NCBI GenBank assembly: GCA_003279115.1
Contig: QCBG01000003.1
Span: 52,569-116,568 of the forward strand
DNA: 64,000 nucleotides
DNA from: Prochlorococcus sp. AG-347-E03
Lineage (GTDB): Bacteria; Cyanobacteriota; Cyanobacteriia; PCC-6307; Cyanobiaceae
Direction of reading: 5' to 3'
The notes below the pieces were generated by a model. That model was not told where the DNA came from and ran no database searches. It worked only from the letters and a program-made list of their open reading frames with translations. The position numbers were made by a program, and so were the translations under genes. Shown here in pieces: positions 47,593 to 57,840 of the stretch; position 1 is the stretch's first letter; each line of letters opens with the position of its first letter.

Positions 47593-47802
47593 AGCATTGA
47601 ATTAATAAAAGATAACTCTTTGAAGTTCCTCGTATTGTAATTTGCGATGAGTTATTTTCTTTAAAACCTAGAAACTTATTATTCAAATGTGAATAGAGAA
47701 TACTTTATTGATCAGCATTTCAACATCTTTATTAAAAGAAAAAGTAGTTAATAAGCAAGTTAAAGCAAATTATGTCATTTTCATAAAAATACTCAGCTAC
47801 TT

Positions 47803-48234
47803 ATGAATGCGAGTTCAAATGTAAGTAATGTTGAAATAGCTAATAAAATTGCTTCTACTGCAGCTTTGTTTCGGAAATATTTTCCAGATGCAAATGTCAA
47901 CTTTAGTCCTTGGGACAATTCAAATAATGAATCCATGCAAGATACTATTGATTTTGCTTTTCATTTCCCTGGTTGGAGTCCTCTTATTGAATGTAGAGCA
48001 ATACTCTTACAATTAAGGATTGAAAGTGATAATAATGAAAAAGTCCCGAAATTATTGGGAATAATAATGCGAGGTATGATTGTTCCCTCCGAGAGATGGA
48101 GAGTAGCTACCATCGGTGATTGGGAAATGACTGGCACTCATCTACCGCAAAAAGAACAAAAAGATAACCTTTTTTTGGTTTGTAAAGAACTTTATAAGCT
48201 ATTCTCTACAACATCCGCTGGTAACAAAAATTAG
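47803..48234 (+). CDS. Hypothetical protein
   Basis: 143 aa ATG ORF with DFAFHFPGWSP; directly upstream of ho1. Confidence 0.75.
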   Translation: MNASSNVSNVEIANKIASTAALFRKYFPDANVNFSPWDNSNNESMQDTIDFAFHFPGWSPLIECRAILLQLRIESDNNEKVPKLLGIIMRGMIVPSERWRVATIGDWEMTGTHLPQKEQKDNLFLVCKELYKLFSTTSAGNKN

Positions 48235-48291
48235 CTGTTTTATGTATTTTCCTTGTAGATTAAATACACTTACAAAAATTATTCAAAATAT

Positions 48292-49002
48292 ATGGCAGTC
48301 GCTCTTGCAGGACAACTAAGAGAAGGGACAAAAAAATCCCACACTATGGCTGAAAATACTGGCTTTGTGGCTTGTTTTTTAAAAGGTGTTGTTGAAAAAA
48401 AATCTTATAGAAAATTAATTAGTGATTTATACTTTGTTTATGAAGCTATGGAAGAAGAAATTGAAAGACTGGTCAAAGATGAACATCCCGTAATAAAACC
48501 TATAGGTTTTAAGTCATTATTTAGGAAAGAAACTCTTGCAAATGATCTTAAATTTTATTTTGGTGATAACTGGAAGAATGAAATTAATATTTCTCACTCA
48601 GCAAATGAATACGTTGAAAGAATCCGAGAGGTCGCAAAAAATTCACCAGAGCTATTGGTTGGTCACCACTACACTCGCTATATAGGTGATTTATCTGGTG
48701 GGCAAATTTTGAAAAAGATTGCTAAAAAAGCATTAAATTTGCAGGGAAATGATGGTTTAAATTTTTATGAGTTTGAATTAATTCCTGATGAAAAGAAATT
48801 CAAGGAAGAATATTCTCTTACTTTGAATCAACTTCCAATAAATCAAAAGACTGCTGATCAAATTATTGATGAAGCTAATCAAGCTTTTTCTTACAATATG
48901 AAAATGTTTAAGGAGCTTGAAGGTAACTTGATTGCTGTTTTAGGCAAGATTGTATTTAATTACATTACAAAAAAAGTAAGGAAAGGAAGCACCGAGACCT
49001 AG
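48292..49002 (+). CDS. ho1: Heme oxygenase (biliverdin-producing)
   Basis: LREGTKKSHTMAEN and YTRYIGDLSGGQ. Confidence 0.97.
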   Translation: MAVALAGQLREGTKKSHTMAENTGFVACFLKGVVEKKSYRKLISDLYFVYEAMEEEIERLVKDEHPVIKPIGFKSLFRKETLANDLKFYFGDNWKNEINISHSANEYVERIREVAKNSPELLVGHHYTRYIGDLSGGQILKKIAKKALNLQGNDGLNFYEFELIPDEKKFKEEYSLTLNQLPINQKTADQIIDEANQAFSYNMKMFKELEGNLIAVLGKIVFNYITKKVRKGSTET

Positions 49003-49008
49003 TTATTT

Positions 49009-49719
49009 ATGTTTGATTCATTTGTTGATTTCCTTAAAACCAATATTGATGAATTAAATGGTCATGAAGTTCAAATATCTAGCGAATTCAAAGAACATCA
49101 CAATGAAGACTCAAAATATATCATTAAAAATTGGCTTTTTTCATCTCCCGAATATAGAAAGTGGCGAATAACAAGATTAGATGGTGGCAATAAACTGCAA
49201 GTGTTTAATACGGTCGCATATCCAAATTTTGATAGTGAAATTCCTATTTTAGGAGCTGATATTTTATGGTTTGGAACTTCTCAAAAGTTATTAGCAATAC
49301 TTGATTATCAACCTTTAATTCAAGAAGGCAAGTATCTCGAAAAATATTGTTCAAGTTTAGGTACTATTAAGAAAAAATATTCTGCATTTGATAATAATAA
49401 AATGAAAAATATATATGATTCAAAAAAGTATTTTTCCCCATGGGTGATTATATGTAGAGGAAATAAATTAAATCTTGATAGAGATTTAAATTATATATTC
49501 CATTCATTTGTAAATAATTACTTGAAAATTTATAAATCGAATCCTGTTAATCAATTTTTAAATGCAGAACAAATTAAGATTAATCAAATTAAATATGATA
49601 AGTACAGTTTTGAAAAAGACCCTGCAGATAAATTGTTTAAATCTTTTTTTGGAGAAAAATGGACAAAAAAATTTATCAATAAATTTCTTTTTACATTAAA
49701 CAATGAAATTATAAATTGA
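49009..49719 (+). CDS. pebA: 15,16-dihydrobiliverdin:ferredoxin oxidoreductase
   Basis: FDBR motifs [30 protein letters not shown]; ho1-pebA-pebB order. Confidence 0.88.
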   Translation: MFDSFVDFLKTNIDELNGHEVQISSEFKEHHNEDSKYIIKNWLFSSPEYRKWRITRLDGGNKLQVFNTVAYPNFDSEIPILGADILWFGTSQKLLAILDYQPLIQEGKYLEKYCSSLGTIKKKYSAFDNNKMKNIYDSKKYFSPWVIICRGNKLNLDRDLNYIFHSFVNNYLKIYKSNPVNQFLNAEQIKINQIKYDKYSFEKDPADKLFKSFFGEKWTKKFINKFLFTLNNEIIN

Positions 49720-50481
49720 ATGTTAATACAAGATACTATTTTTTACAGTCCAGATTGGAGATGGCATAATTTTCTAAAATATTTAACTAATAATTTAATT
49801 AAATATAACTGTTCAGAAAAAATAATACCCCTGGAATATTCTTATAAAGATTCAACTTATGGTTCAAAAAAATCAAAAAAAAATGTGAATCTCTCTACTT
49901 GGGGTGTAACGCATAAAAAAAGAATCCAATTAGCAAGAGCAGTGTGTATAAATAGTCCAAATTATTCTGTTTTAAATTTTTTAATTATTCCTAATATTAT
50001 TTACAACGTTCCATTTTTTGGAGTAGATTTTGTTTCTCTACCTAATAGTCATTTATTAGTATTAGATTTTCAGCCTTCATTAAAAATACAAAATCAATAC
50101 AATAATGATTTATTAGAAAAACTTATAAAACTCAAAAATAATTGTCATTCATCACTCCCATTAGCTGAGAAAATGTCTGCAGATGTAACTGGATTTTTTT
50201 CTCCAGGAGTAATCTGGTCAAAATTACCAAAGGAAGAAAGAAGTGATTTTTTAATTGCTAATCAGCTTTTTACATCATTTAAGGAATATCTTGATTTGTA
50301 TTTGAAAATTCTTTTCGAAAGCAAAGAAGTCAAGCTGGAAATGCAAAAAGAATTAATAAATGGTCAAAATAATTATTTGAAATATAGAAGAGATAACGAT
50401 CCAGCAAGGCCAATGTTGTCGAGTTTGTTTGGTAAAGAATTTACTGAATCTTTAATTAATGAAGTTTTATTTACTACTTAA
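49720..50481 (+). CDS. pebB: Phycoerythrobilin:ferredoxin oxidoreductase
   Basis: [33 protein letters not shown]. Confidence 0.88.
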   Translation: MLIQDTIFYSPDWRWHNFLKYLTNNLIKYNCSEKIIPLEYSYKDSTYGSKKSKKNVNLSTWGVTHKKRIQLARAVCINSPNYSVLNFLIIPNIIYNVPFFGVDFVSLPNSHLLVLDFQPSLKIQNQYNNDLLEKLIKLKNNCHSSLPLAEKMSADVTGFFSPGVIWSKLPKEERSDFLIANQLFTSFKEYLDLYLKILFESKEVKLEMQKELINGQNNYLKYRRDNDPARPMLSSLFGKEFTESLINEVLFTT

Positions 50482-50513
50482 AAGTCTTATAATTTATAGA
50501 AATTTGAAATCAT

Positions 50514-50987
50514 ATGAAAAAAATTTCTGTTCTTTTTGTATGTTTAGGAAATATTTGTAGGTCTCCAGCAGCGGAAGCTATCTTTATAAGTCTTCTTGAA
50601 AAGAATGGATTAACCGATGGCTTTATTGTCGATTCTGCTGGAACTGGGAGTTGGCATATTGGAAAAAAAGCTGACTCTAGGATGAGAATTGCGGCAAAAA
50701 GAAGAGATATAAATATCTTAAGTAGGGCTCGTCAAATTACTAGCAAAGATTTTGACGAATTTAACTATATTCTTGCGATGGACGACTCAAATTTTAGAAA
50801 TATTCATGATCTTAAAAATAGAACAGCTTCAACTGATTTTGCCTTAATTAAAAAAATACAAGATTTTAGATCAGTTTTTAATGAGCAAGAAGTTCCTGAC
50901 CCATATTTTGGAGGTGATGATGGCTTTGATTATGTCCTTGATATTTTAGAAGACTCTGTAAAAGGTTTTTTGGAAAGTATTTCTTGA
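50514..50987 (+). CDS. Low molecular weight protein-tyrosine phosphatase
   Basis: CLGNICRS P-loop, DSAGT, VPDPYFG. Confidence 0.94.
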   Translation: MKKISVLFVCLGNICRSPAAEAIFISLLEKNGLTDGFIVDSAGTGSWHIGKKADSRMRIAAKRRDINILSRARQITSKDFDEFNYILAMDDSNFRNIHDLKNRTASTDFALIKKIQDFRSVFNEQEVPDPYFGGDDGFDYVLDILEDSVKGFLESIS

Positions 50988-50989
50988 AT

Positions 50990-52522
50990 TTATTTGATTT
51001 CAGTCTCGTTAGGAATCTTGTCATTATAAAGATCAATAATTTTATTTACTACCTCATTAATTGAATATCCATCCGTAATAATTTCTATTGCGTCATTCGC
51101 TTTTATTAGAGGTGAAATTTCTCTATTGGAATCTTCAAAATCTCTTTTCTTTATAAGTTCTTTTAATGTATCAAGGTCTATTTCTTGTGAGTCTTTACTG
51201 TTTTTATCAGATTTTCTTCTTTTTGCTCTTTCATCGATGCTAGCAGTCAAAAATATTTTAAGTTCTGCATTAGGAAAAACAGTAGTTCCTATATCTCTTC
51301 CTTCAGCTACAAGTCCGCCTGATTCTCCAATCTTTCTTTGTTCTTCAACTAAGAATTTTCTTACTTCTTTTATTGAAGAAATTTTAGAAACGATAGAACT
51401 TATCTTTTGCGACCTAATTTCTTCAGTAACACAGTAGCTATTAACATAAACATCCTGATGTGAATTTGTATTCGACTTGAAAACAATAGATATATCTTTA
51501 AGAATACTCTGTAATTTTTTTTCTTTTTTATAGTCAATTCTTTCTTTTATCATAAGCCAACTTAATGCCCTATACATTGCTCCAGTATCCAAATATAAAA
51601 GTTTAAGTTTCTTAGCTATTAACTTTGTTACAGTACTTTTACCTGACCCTGCAGGACCATCAATTGCAATAATAGGCCTTCTTTTCATTAGAAAAACGTG
51701 ATCAATTAATCTTGTCTCTCCACATCTTATCGCACCAGCTAGTAACGAAATATTATCCTCAAGTCTTGCTTTTTGGAGCGTATAAGGGTGTAAATGTTCT
51801 AAATATTCAATTGAAATTTTTTTTGCTGATAGCTTTTTAATTATGTCGTTTAAATTAATCTTTTTTTCTTGTTGAAAATTTTTTTTTGCTTCTAATAATT
51901 CACTTGAAAAAAACCTAATCAAATTCCTTTCGTTTTCTGATAAATGTACATTACGTGAACTTAAAGGAATTCCATCAAAATCTCTCTGTGTAGGAATAGT
52001 TTTAATAGCAACATTTAATTTCTCTCTTAGGACAAGATTTTTTAAAATTAAAAGTTGTTGCCAATCTTTTTCTCCTAAGTAAAGATTTTTTGGCTTGATA
52101 AGATTAAGTAATCTATAAACTACTGTACAAACACCATCAAAATGTCCAATTCGATTTAATCCACATAATGCAGAAGATAATTCTATTGGAGCCTTAAGGA
52201 ATTTAATATTTTTATTATTCGGAGGATATATATCTTCATTACTTGGTATGAAGATGGCATCTGCGCCATTTGAAAATGAGATCTCTATATCATTATCAAT
52301 TGTTTTAGGGTAATTCTCTAAATCTAATTTGTTATCAAATTGAAGTGGATTAATAAAAATACTTACTAAATTAACATTTGAATTGTCATTTTTTGCTGTT
52401 GATATAAGTTTTATATGTCCATTGTGAAGATTACCCATTGTTGGAATAAAGTTGATTTCACTATTAATATTTTTCCTCCAATTTTCTATTTCTTCAGTGT
52501 TTCTTATGATTACTTTCTTCAC
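50990..52522 (-). CDS. panC/cmk: Bifunctional pantoate--beta-alanine ligase / cytidylate kinase
   Basis: PTMGNLHNGH, GEKDWQQ and SSRN (PanC), then IDGPAGSGKST and EGRDIGT (Cmk). Confidence 0.95.
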   Translation of the reverse strand: MKKVIIRNTEEIENWRKNINSEINFIPTMGNLHNGHIKLISTAKNDNSNVNLVSIFINPLQFDNKLDLENYPKTIDNDIEISFSNGADAIFIPSNEDIYPPNNKNIKFLKAPIELSSALCGLNRIGHFDGVCTVVYRLLNLIKPKNLYLGEKDWQQLLILKNLVLREKLNVAIKTIPTQRDFDGIPLSSRNVHLSENERNLIRFFSSELLEAKKNFQQEKKINLNDIIKKLSAKKISIEYLEHLHPYTLQKARLEDNISLLAGAIRCGETRLIDHVFLMKRRPIIAIDGPAGSGKSTVTKLIAKKLKLLYLDTGAMYRALSWLMIKERIDYKKEKKLQSILKDISIVFKSNTNSHQDVYVNSYCVTEEIRSQKISSIVSKISSIKEVRKFLVEEQRKIGESGGLVAEGRDIGTTVFPNAELKIFLTASIDERAKRRKSDKNSKDSQEIDLDTLKELIKKRDFEDSNREISPLIKANDAIEIITDGYSINEVVNKIIDLYNDKIPNETEIK

Positions 52523-52620
52523 TTTGTTTTTAAAAAATAAATCTATTTGATAAATAATTACTGGACAAAAGCAATCTTAGGAGGAATATCTATATAGGGA
52601 AAGTCTATCATTTTTATTTC

Positions 52621-53664
52621 ATGGATTACAAAACTTCAGGTGTTGATATAGAAGCTGGGCGAGAATTTGTTTCCGAAATTAAACAGGCAGTTGAAGGAAC
52701 TCATACACCTAATGTGATTGAAGGTATTGGTGGGTTTGGAGGTTTGTTTAGAATTCCTATCGATAGTTTTAAAAAACCAGTTCTAGTTTCAGGAACTGAT
52801 GGTGTTGGAACAAAATTAGAGTTAGCTCAAAGTAAAAACTTTCACTTTGAGGTTGGTATTGATTTAGTTGCTATGTGCATGAACGATATCATTACTAGTG
52901 GAGCAAAACCTTTATTTTTTCTGGATTATATTGCCACGGGTAAACTTGATAAAAAACAATTATTGAGGGTTGTTCAGGGAATTTCACATGGCTGCGGACA
53001 AAATAACTGTTCATTACTTGGCGGAGAAACTGCTGAAATGCCTGGTTTCTATTCAAAAAATAAGTATGATCTTGCAGGATTTTGTGTTGGAATAGTTGAT
53101 GAGGATAAGCTTATTAATGGTAAAAAAGTATCTGAAAATGATTTAATAATAGCTTTAAAAAGTAATGGAGTTCATAGTAATGGCTTTAGTTTAGTAAGAA
53201 AAATTATTCAGAACAATAATCAAATAGATAAAGAATTTGAAAAAGTTTCTCACTTAAATTTTTATGATGAGTTATTAAAACCTACAAAAATTTACAATAA
53301 TGTGATTAATCAAATTTTATCTGAAAATATTGAAATTAAAGCAATGTCTCATATTACTGGAGGAGGAATTCCAGAAAATTTACCAAGATGTATACCTTCT
53401 GATTTTATTCCTTATATCAATACCAGTTCTTGGGAAATACCTTTTTTATTTAAATTCCTTAAAGAGAAAGGATTGATTCCTGCAAAAGATTTTTGGAATA
53501 CTTTCAATCTTGGAGTGGGATTTTGTTTAATTATTGATAAACAATTTAAGGATGCGATATTAAGCATCTGTAAAGATCATGATATAGATAGTTGGGAAAT
53601 AGGAAAGATAGTTCGAAAAAATGATTCTACAATTAGTAAATTTTTGCCAGAAATTTTAACTTAA
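52621..53664 (+). CDS. purM: AIR synthase
   Basis: GTDGVGTK, GGETAEMP, HSNGFSL, HITGGG, TFNLGVG. Confidence 0.98.
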   Translation: MDYKTSGVDIEAGREFVSEIKQAVEGTHTPNVIEGIGGFGGLFRIPIDSFKKPVLVSGTDGVGTKLELAQSKNFHFEVGIDLVAMCMNDIITSGAKPLFFLDYIATGKLDKKQLLRVVQGISHGCGQNNCSLLGGETAEMPGFYSKNKYDLAGFCVGIVDEDKLINGKKVSENDLIIALKSNGVHSNGFSLVRKIIQNNNQIDKEFEKVSHLNFYDELLKPTKIYNNVINQILSENIEIKAMSHITGGGIPENLPRCIPSDFIPYINTSSWEIPFLFKFLKEKGLIPAKDFWNTFNLGVGFCLIIDKQFKDAILSICKDHDIDSWEIGKIVRKNDSTISKFLPEILT

Positions 53665-53797
53665 ATGTTTTTATCTTTTTTAAATGAGTTTTAAAAAATT
53701 ATTTTTTATACCCAAATGAAAAAGTTAGGTGTAATATAATAAAATTACCGCCGAATTATATCGGAAGTTTAAGTATTAAGATTTAACCTTTTATTCA

Positions 53798-54442
53798 ATG
53801 CCCTTTGCAAATAATCAAAGAATTACACGTAGACGTAGTTCAGCTGGCCCTATACCTCCAAAAAGACCAATAGGTAATAATTCGGAATCAATTGGTAGAC
53901 AGGCTCAAGGGCCAAGACCGACTTTCTTGACACTCAGGGATCATGGGAAAGTTTTTGTCGCTGATTTACCTAATTTGTCCGATGGTCAATTAGCGCATAT
54001 CAGTAAAGAAGCTAATGAAGTTTTAAATAGTTTGGAAAAAAGACTTAGTGATCTTGAAAATGAACCTAATGTCAGTAATCCTGAAAACGATACGCTGATA
54101 AAAGCCTCTACTAAAAGAGATGTCACACTGAGGTTTATTAAATCAATAGAAGAAGAACAAGAACATAGAAAGAATAATCCTGCTTTACGACATGCTGCAT
54201 CTGAATCGTTACCGAGAACTTTTCTTGAGGTAGCTAGACATAGATTGCCAGGAGCAACTTTTGATTCACTACTTCGAGAGGCTCTTGAAGCTTGTGCAGT
54301 TGATGAAAGTACGGAAGAAAATCAAGTTATTGATGAGCCTAAAGAAACTGTAAAAATTATGGATATACCCTCTTCCAACACAAATGCTTCACTTGTTGTT
54401 AGTATCGACTCAAGTGATGATTCCAAGAATGACTCTATTTGA
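53798..54442 (+). CDS. Hypothetical protein
   Basis: 214 aa; basic Pro/Arg N-terminus, helical core, acidic C-tail. Confidence 0.8.
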   Translation: MPFANNQRITRRRSSAGPIPPKRPIGNNSESIGRQAQGPRPTFLTLRDHGKVFVADLPNLSDGQLAHISKEANEVLNSLEKRLSDLENEPNVSNPENDTLIKASTKRDVTLRFIKSIEEEQEHRKNNPALRHAASESLPRTFLEVARHRLPGATFDSLLREALEACAVDESTEENQVIDEPKETVKIMDIPSSNTNASLVVSIDSSDDSKNDSI

Positions 54443-54596
54443 TTCAACACAAAAACTAATAAGTTTTAAAGACCAAAATAATCCAAAAATTAACCTTACT
54501 TCAGAGAAAGATCCCATTTTATGTAATCATTGCAAAAGAACTGCTTCAAATGGTGTTAGATGTTTAGGAATGTGTGTAGCTGATAATGATTACTAA
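54429..54596 (+). CDS. Small Cys-rich hypothetical protein (55 aa)
   Basis: ATG at 54429 overlapping the upstream gene end; CNHC...CLGMC motif. Confidence 0.6.
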   Translation: MTLFDSTQKLISFKDQNNPKINLTSEKDPILCNHCKRTASNGVRCLGMCVADNDY

Positions 54597-54805
54597 AATG
54601 ATTTAAATTTTCATACAAATAATCTGATTAAAATAATTGATGAATCAATTTAATTTTATTTATTAATAGATATAAGGTATTATTTATCAATAATAAAAAA
54701 AGTTTATTTTTCTGTATATAAATAAGTAATTGAAACTTTATACCCTTTATTTGAAATTGAAGTTCCTCGAAAACTTCATTATTAAATGCGTAAAAAAAAT
54801 AAATA

Positions 54806-54876
54806 AGGCGGCACCCAGATTCGAACTGGGGATAAAGGATTTGCAATCCTCTGCCTTACCACTTGGCCATGCCGCC
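54806..54876 (-). tRNA. trnC: tRNA-Cys(GCA), CCA not encoded
   Basis: Reverse complement GGCGGCATGGCCAAGTGGTAAGGCAGAGGATTGCAAATCCTTTATCCCCAGTTCGAATCTGGGTGCCGCCT. Confidence 0.97.
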
Positions 54877-54918
54877 GAAAAAGATTCGATTGAGTCTTTT
54901 TATGATCTTAACAGTAAG

Positions 54919-56148
54919 GTGTCTCATTCTCTATTATTTATATGCAATGGTCATGGAGAAGATGTAATCGCATCGGAAATAATAAAAAGATTACTAAAAA
55001 AAATAAAAAATAAAAATATTGAAGTTTTGCCTTTAGTAGGAAAAGGAGATGCATTTAATTCCATAAAATCTAAGAATTTTCGTAAAATAGGATATCTAAA
55101 AGAGCTGCCTAGTGGAGGTTTTAGTAATCAAAGTCTGAAAGGATTTGTGCTTGATTTGTGTGCAGGATTTTTATTCGATAATTTAAGAAATTTTTTACTT
55201 GTAAAACATAAGTCAAAACATAACTGCAAAATTATCGCAGTTGGTGATTTCTTGCCATTACTTTACGCTTGGAGTTCAGAATGCGAATTTTGTTTCATTG
55301 GAACGCCTAAAAGTGATCATACTTGGAGTAGTGGGCCAGGTTGGGATTTAAGCGATTTTTATCATAAGTTGAAAGGTTCTGAATGGGATCCATGGGAAAT
55401 GTTTTTAATGAAATCTCCAAGATGTAAAAATTTAATTATGAGAGATAAAATTACAGCTAATAATTTGAATAGAAAAAATATTGATGCAAAATACTTGGGT
55501 AATCCAATGATGGATTTTGTTAATTCAACAAACGAGAAAATATCAAATATTATTTCTTTTAAAAGGATCATTTTATTAGTTGGAAGTAGATATCCTGAAG
55601 CTCTTAAAAATCTTGATAATTTTCTTAATTGTTTGCAAGATTTTGATTTTTCAAAAGATTTGGTAATACTTTTGCCTTTGAGCATTAATGCGAATGTGAT
55701 TCAAATTCAAAGTTGTTTAAATAAATATGGTTTTATAAAACAGAGTAAAGTTAAATTTCTTATTGATGAAGATTCAGTATGGAAAAAGAAAGATCAATAT
55801 GTAGTGATTGGAAAAGGTAAATTCAATTCATGGGCAAATATGGCAGAAGTTGGTTTGTCTAATGCAGGAACTGCTACAGAGCAAATTGCTGGCCTTGGAA
55901 TCCCATCTCTTTCTCTACCGGGATCTGGACCACAATTTACAAAATCATTTGCAAAAAGGCAATCAAGATTATTGGGAGGTAGTGTTTTAGTTTGCAAGAA
56001 CAAAAAAATTCTTTTAAAACGTTTAAGTTTCCTGTTGAAAGGAAAAGTTGATAGGTTAGAACAAGCAAAAATTGGAAAAAAAAGAATGGGGGAATCAGGA
56101 GCAAGTAATAAAATCGTAGATGCCATAAACCTTAATTTGTTATCTTAG
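54919..56148 (+). CDS. Lipid-A-disaccharide synthase-related GT-B protein (probable GTG start at 54919)
   Basis: LFICNGHGED, LPSGGF, GNPMMD, GSR, AGTATEQ, PGSGPQFT. Confidence 0.8.
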   Translation: MSHSLLFICNGHGEDVIASEIIKRLLKKIKNKNIEVLPLVGKGDAFNSIKSKNFRKIGYLKELPSGGFSNQSLKGFVLDLCAGFLFDNLRNFLLVKHKSKHNCKIIAVGDFLPLLYAWSSECEFCFIGTPKSDHTWSSGPGWDLSDFYHKLKGSEWDPWEMFLMKSPRCKNLIMRDKITANNLNRKNIDAKYLGNPMMDFVNSTNEKISNIISFKRIILLVGSRYPEALKNLDNFLNCLQDFDFSKDLVILLPLSINANVIQIQSCLNKYGFIKQSKVKFLIDEDSVWKKKDQYVVIGKGKFNSWANMAEVGLSNAGTATEQIAGLGIPSLSLPGSGPQFTKSFAKRQSRLLGGSVLVCKNKKILLKRLSFLLKGKVDRLEQAKIGKKRMGESGASNKIVDAINLNLLS

Positions 56149-56183
56149 TAAATGGCACTAGCTAATTAATTATTAATTCTTTT

Positions 56184-56450
56184 ATGTATCCAATAAATGA
56201 TCGGCAATATCTAAAAATTTGTGCAGAGATTGCAAAACTTATGAGTATAAGCTTATCTTCTGCTAAGAAGAAAGTAGAAATTCAAATTGCAAAAGAAGGC
56301 TCGAAAACTATTCAAGAAAAAATACAAGTAGCGCAAAATGTCTTAAAAAGTTGTGAAAAAAATGATGGAAATAAATTAAGCTCTTCAAGAATACTTGATA
56401 AGCTTATGGAAACTCTTGATAGTGAAGATAATTTTTTAACTGAAGATTGA
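56184..56450 (+). CDS. Hypothetical protein
   Basis: 88 aa helical ORF ending NFLTED. Confidence 0.7.
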   Translation: MYPINDRQYLKICAEIAKLMSISLSSAKKKVEIQIAKEGSKTIQEKIQVAQNVLKSCEKNDGNKLSSSRILDKLMETLDSEDNFLTED

Positions 56451-56453
56451 TTC

Positions 56454-57089
56454 TTAATGTTCAAAAATATTAGAGAATTTTAGTATGTCTAAATCAGCAT
56501 GTACAGAAATTGTTTCGAAACATTTTTGAGCCAAATCATATCTATTCTCTCTTTCTAAGATAACTTTTAATTTATGCATAGCTTCAATTAAATATCTAAC
56601 ATCATTTGCCGCATAATCTAATTGATCTTTTGTTAAATCTTCGTTGCTACCCCAATCACTACTTTGCGAGCTTTTGTCCAGTTCTATACCTAACAATTCA
56701 TTAATTAAATCCTTTAAACCGTGTTTATTTGTATAAGTTCTTGCCAACTTACTTGCAATTTTTGTACAAAAAATATTTTTTGTATTAATTTCAAGATTGC
56801 ATTTTAGAGCTGCTACATCAAATCTCGCATAGTGAAATATTTTAGTAATTTTTTCGTCTTCAAGAAGTGCTTTTAAATGAGGTGAAGAAGATGTATTAAG
56901 TTCGATTTTTATACAGGATGTTCTTTTAAATTCATTGCATATTTGCACTAAACAGAGTCTATCTCTTCCATGAATTAAACCCATCGCTTCAGTGTCAATA
57001 GCTAGGTATGATGATTTTTTATATAGATTGTATAAATCTGCTGTTAAATCGCTATATAGAAAATCAATATTTTTATTTTCAATAGTCAT
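56454..57089 (-). CDS. nrnC: DEDDy 3'-5' exonuclease, short RNase D / nanoRNase C type
   Basis: IDTEAMGL..RDRLCLVQ, KIFHYARFD, CTKIASKLARTYT, QSSDW, YAANDV; no HRDC domain. Confidence 0.78.
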   Translation of the reverse strand: MTIENKNIDFLYSDLTADLYNLYKKSSYLAIDTEAMGLIHGRDRLCLVQICNEFKRTSCIKIELNTSSSPHLKALLEDEKITKIFHYARFDVAALKCNLEINTKNIFCTKIASKLARTYTNKHGLKDLINELLGIELDKSSQSSDWGSNEDLTKDQLDYAANDVRYLIEAMHKLKVILERENRYDLAQKCFETISVHADLDILKFSNIFEH

Positions 57090-57254
57090 TTTGAATAAGT
57101 ACTTTGATGTAATTAAAGATTTAAAATATTACTTAAGATTTTATTTTTTAAGAATTTTTATCTAAGTAGGAATATTTTACAGAATAAATCTAGAAAATTA
57201 TAATATGATGTAACTTTAATTTTTATTCTCGATTTTTTTGAAAAAATTTATTTA

Positions 57255-57812
57255 ATGTCCTATTCCTTAAATTCAACATTATTGCTGACAATTCTCTTGG
57301 CCATAGGATTATTTTTTTTTCTTAGAGCTTCAAGTAAAGATAGAACAACCATCGTTGAGATTTCATCTTCTCAGCAGCCAGTTAAGGTTTTAAGTGGTTT
57401 ATGTGAATGGCTTAATTTGAGGGGATGGAAGCAAACAGGAGGAGATTCTGAACAAAGAACTTTAATATTCAAGGGTCAAGTTGTTTCTAGTAAGTTTTTA
57501 GCAATTTTTTTAGGTTTTCTTGGCGGTTTTGGTTCTTGTGCTTTGGGATTGGTAATTATTCAAATATATCCTGAATTAGGTTGGTGGCCTATTCTTTTGG
57601 GATTAATTGGTGGCCCTTTGTCTGGAATTGTTTATTTTAAAAAATCAGCAAGAGAGGAGAAATTTGAATTAAGGTTGCTCAACGAAAATGAAAATGATAC
57701 AACTTTTATGAGACTAAGAGCGCATAGAGATGAATTGATCTCTTTAGAAAATGAACTTGGAGAAAAACTTCAATTGAAAAGTGACGGTTCTTTATTTAAA
57801 ACACCTATTTAA
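57255..57812 (+). CDS. ccb1: Cofactor assembly of complex C subunit B (CCB1-like)
   Basis: GLFFFLRASSKDRT N-terminal motif, 3 TM, AHRDEL C-terminal motif. Confidence 0.75.
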   Translation: MSYSLNSTLLLTILLAIGLFFFLRASSKDRTTIVEISSSQQPVKVLSGLCEWLNLRGWKQTGGDSEQRTLIFKGQVVSSKFLAIFLGFLGGFGSCALGLVIIQIYPELGWWPILLGLIGGPLSGIVYFKKSAREEKFELRLLNENENDTTFMRLRAHRDELISLENELGEKLQLKSDGSLFKTPI

Positions 57813-57840
57813 GATACTTTAAAAATATATTCGATAATTT

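Noticed and set aside
47593-47802. Possible NtcA box upstream of icd
   Set aside because: Best candidate GTG-N9-TAC has the wrong spacing and half-site for GTA-N8-TAC
50990-52522. panC-cmk fusion as a novelty
   Set aside because: Well-known fusion in cyanobacteria
47620-54769. Exact 13-mer TTGAAGTTCCTCG at 47620-47632 (upstream of icd) and 54757-54769 (downstream of tRNA-Cys)
   Set aside because: Only two copies with no shared flanks; a match this short is expected by chance in 64 kb of AT-rich DNA
54628-54846. 72-aa minus-strand ORF
   Set aside because: Starts inside tRNA-Cys and reads through AT-rich spacer; low-complexity product
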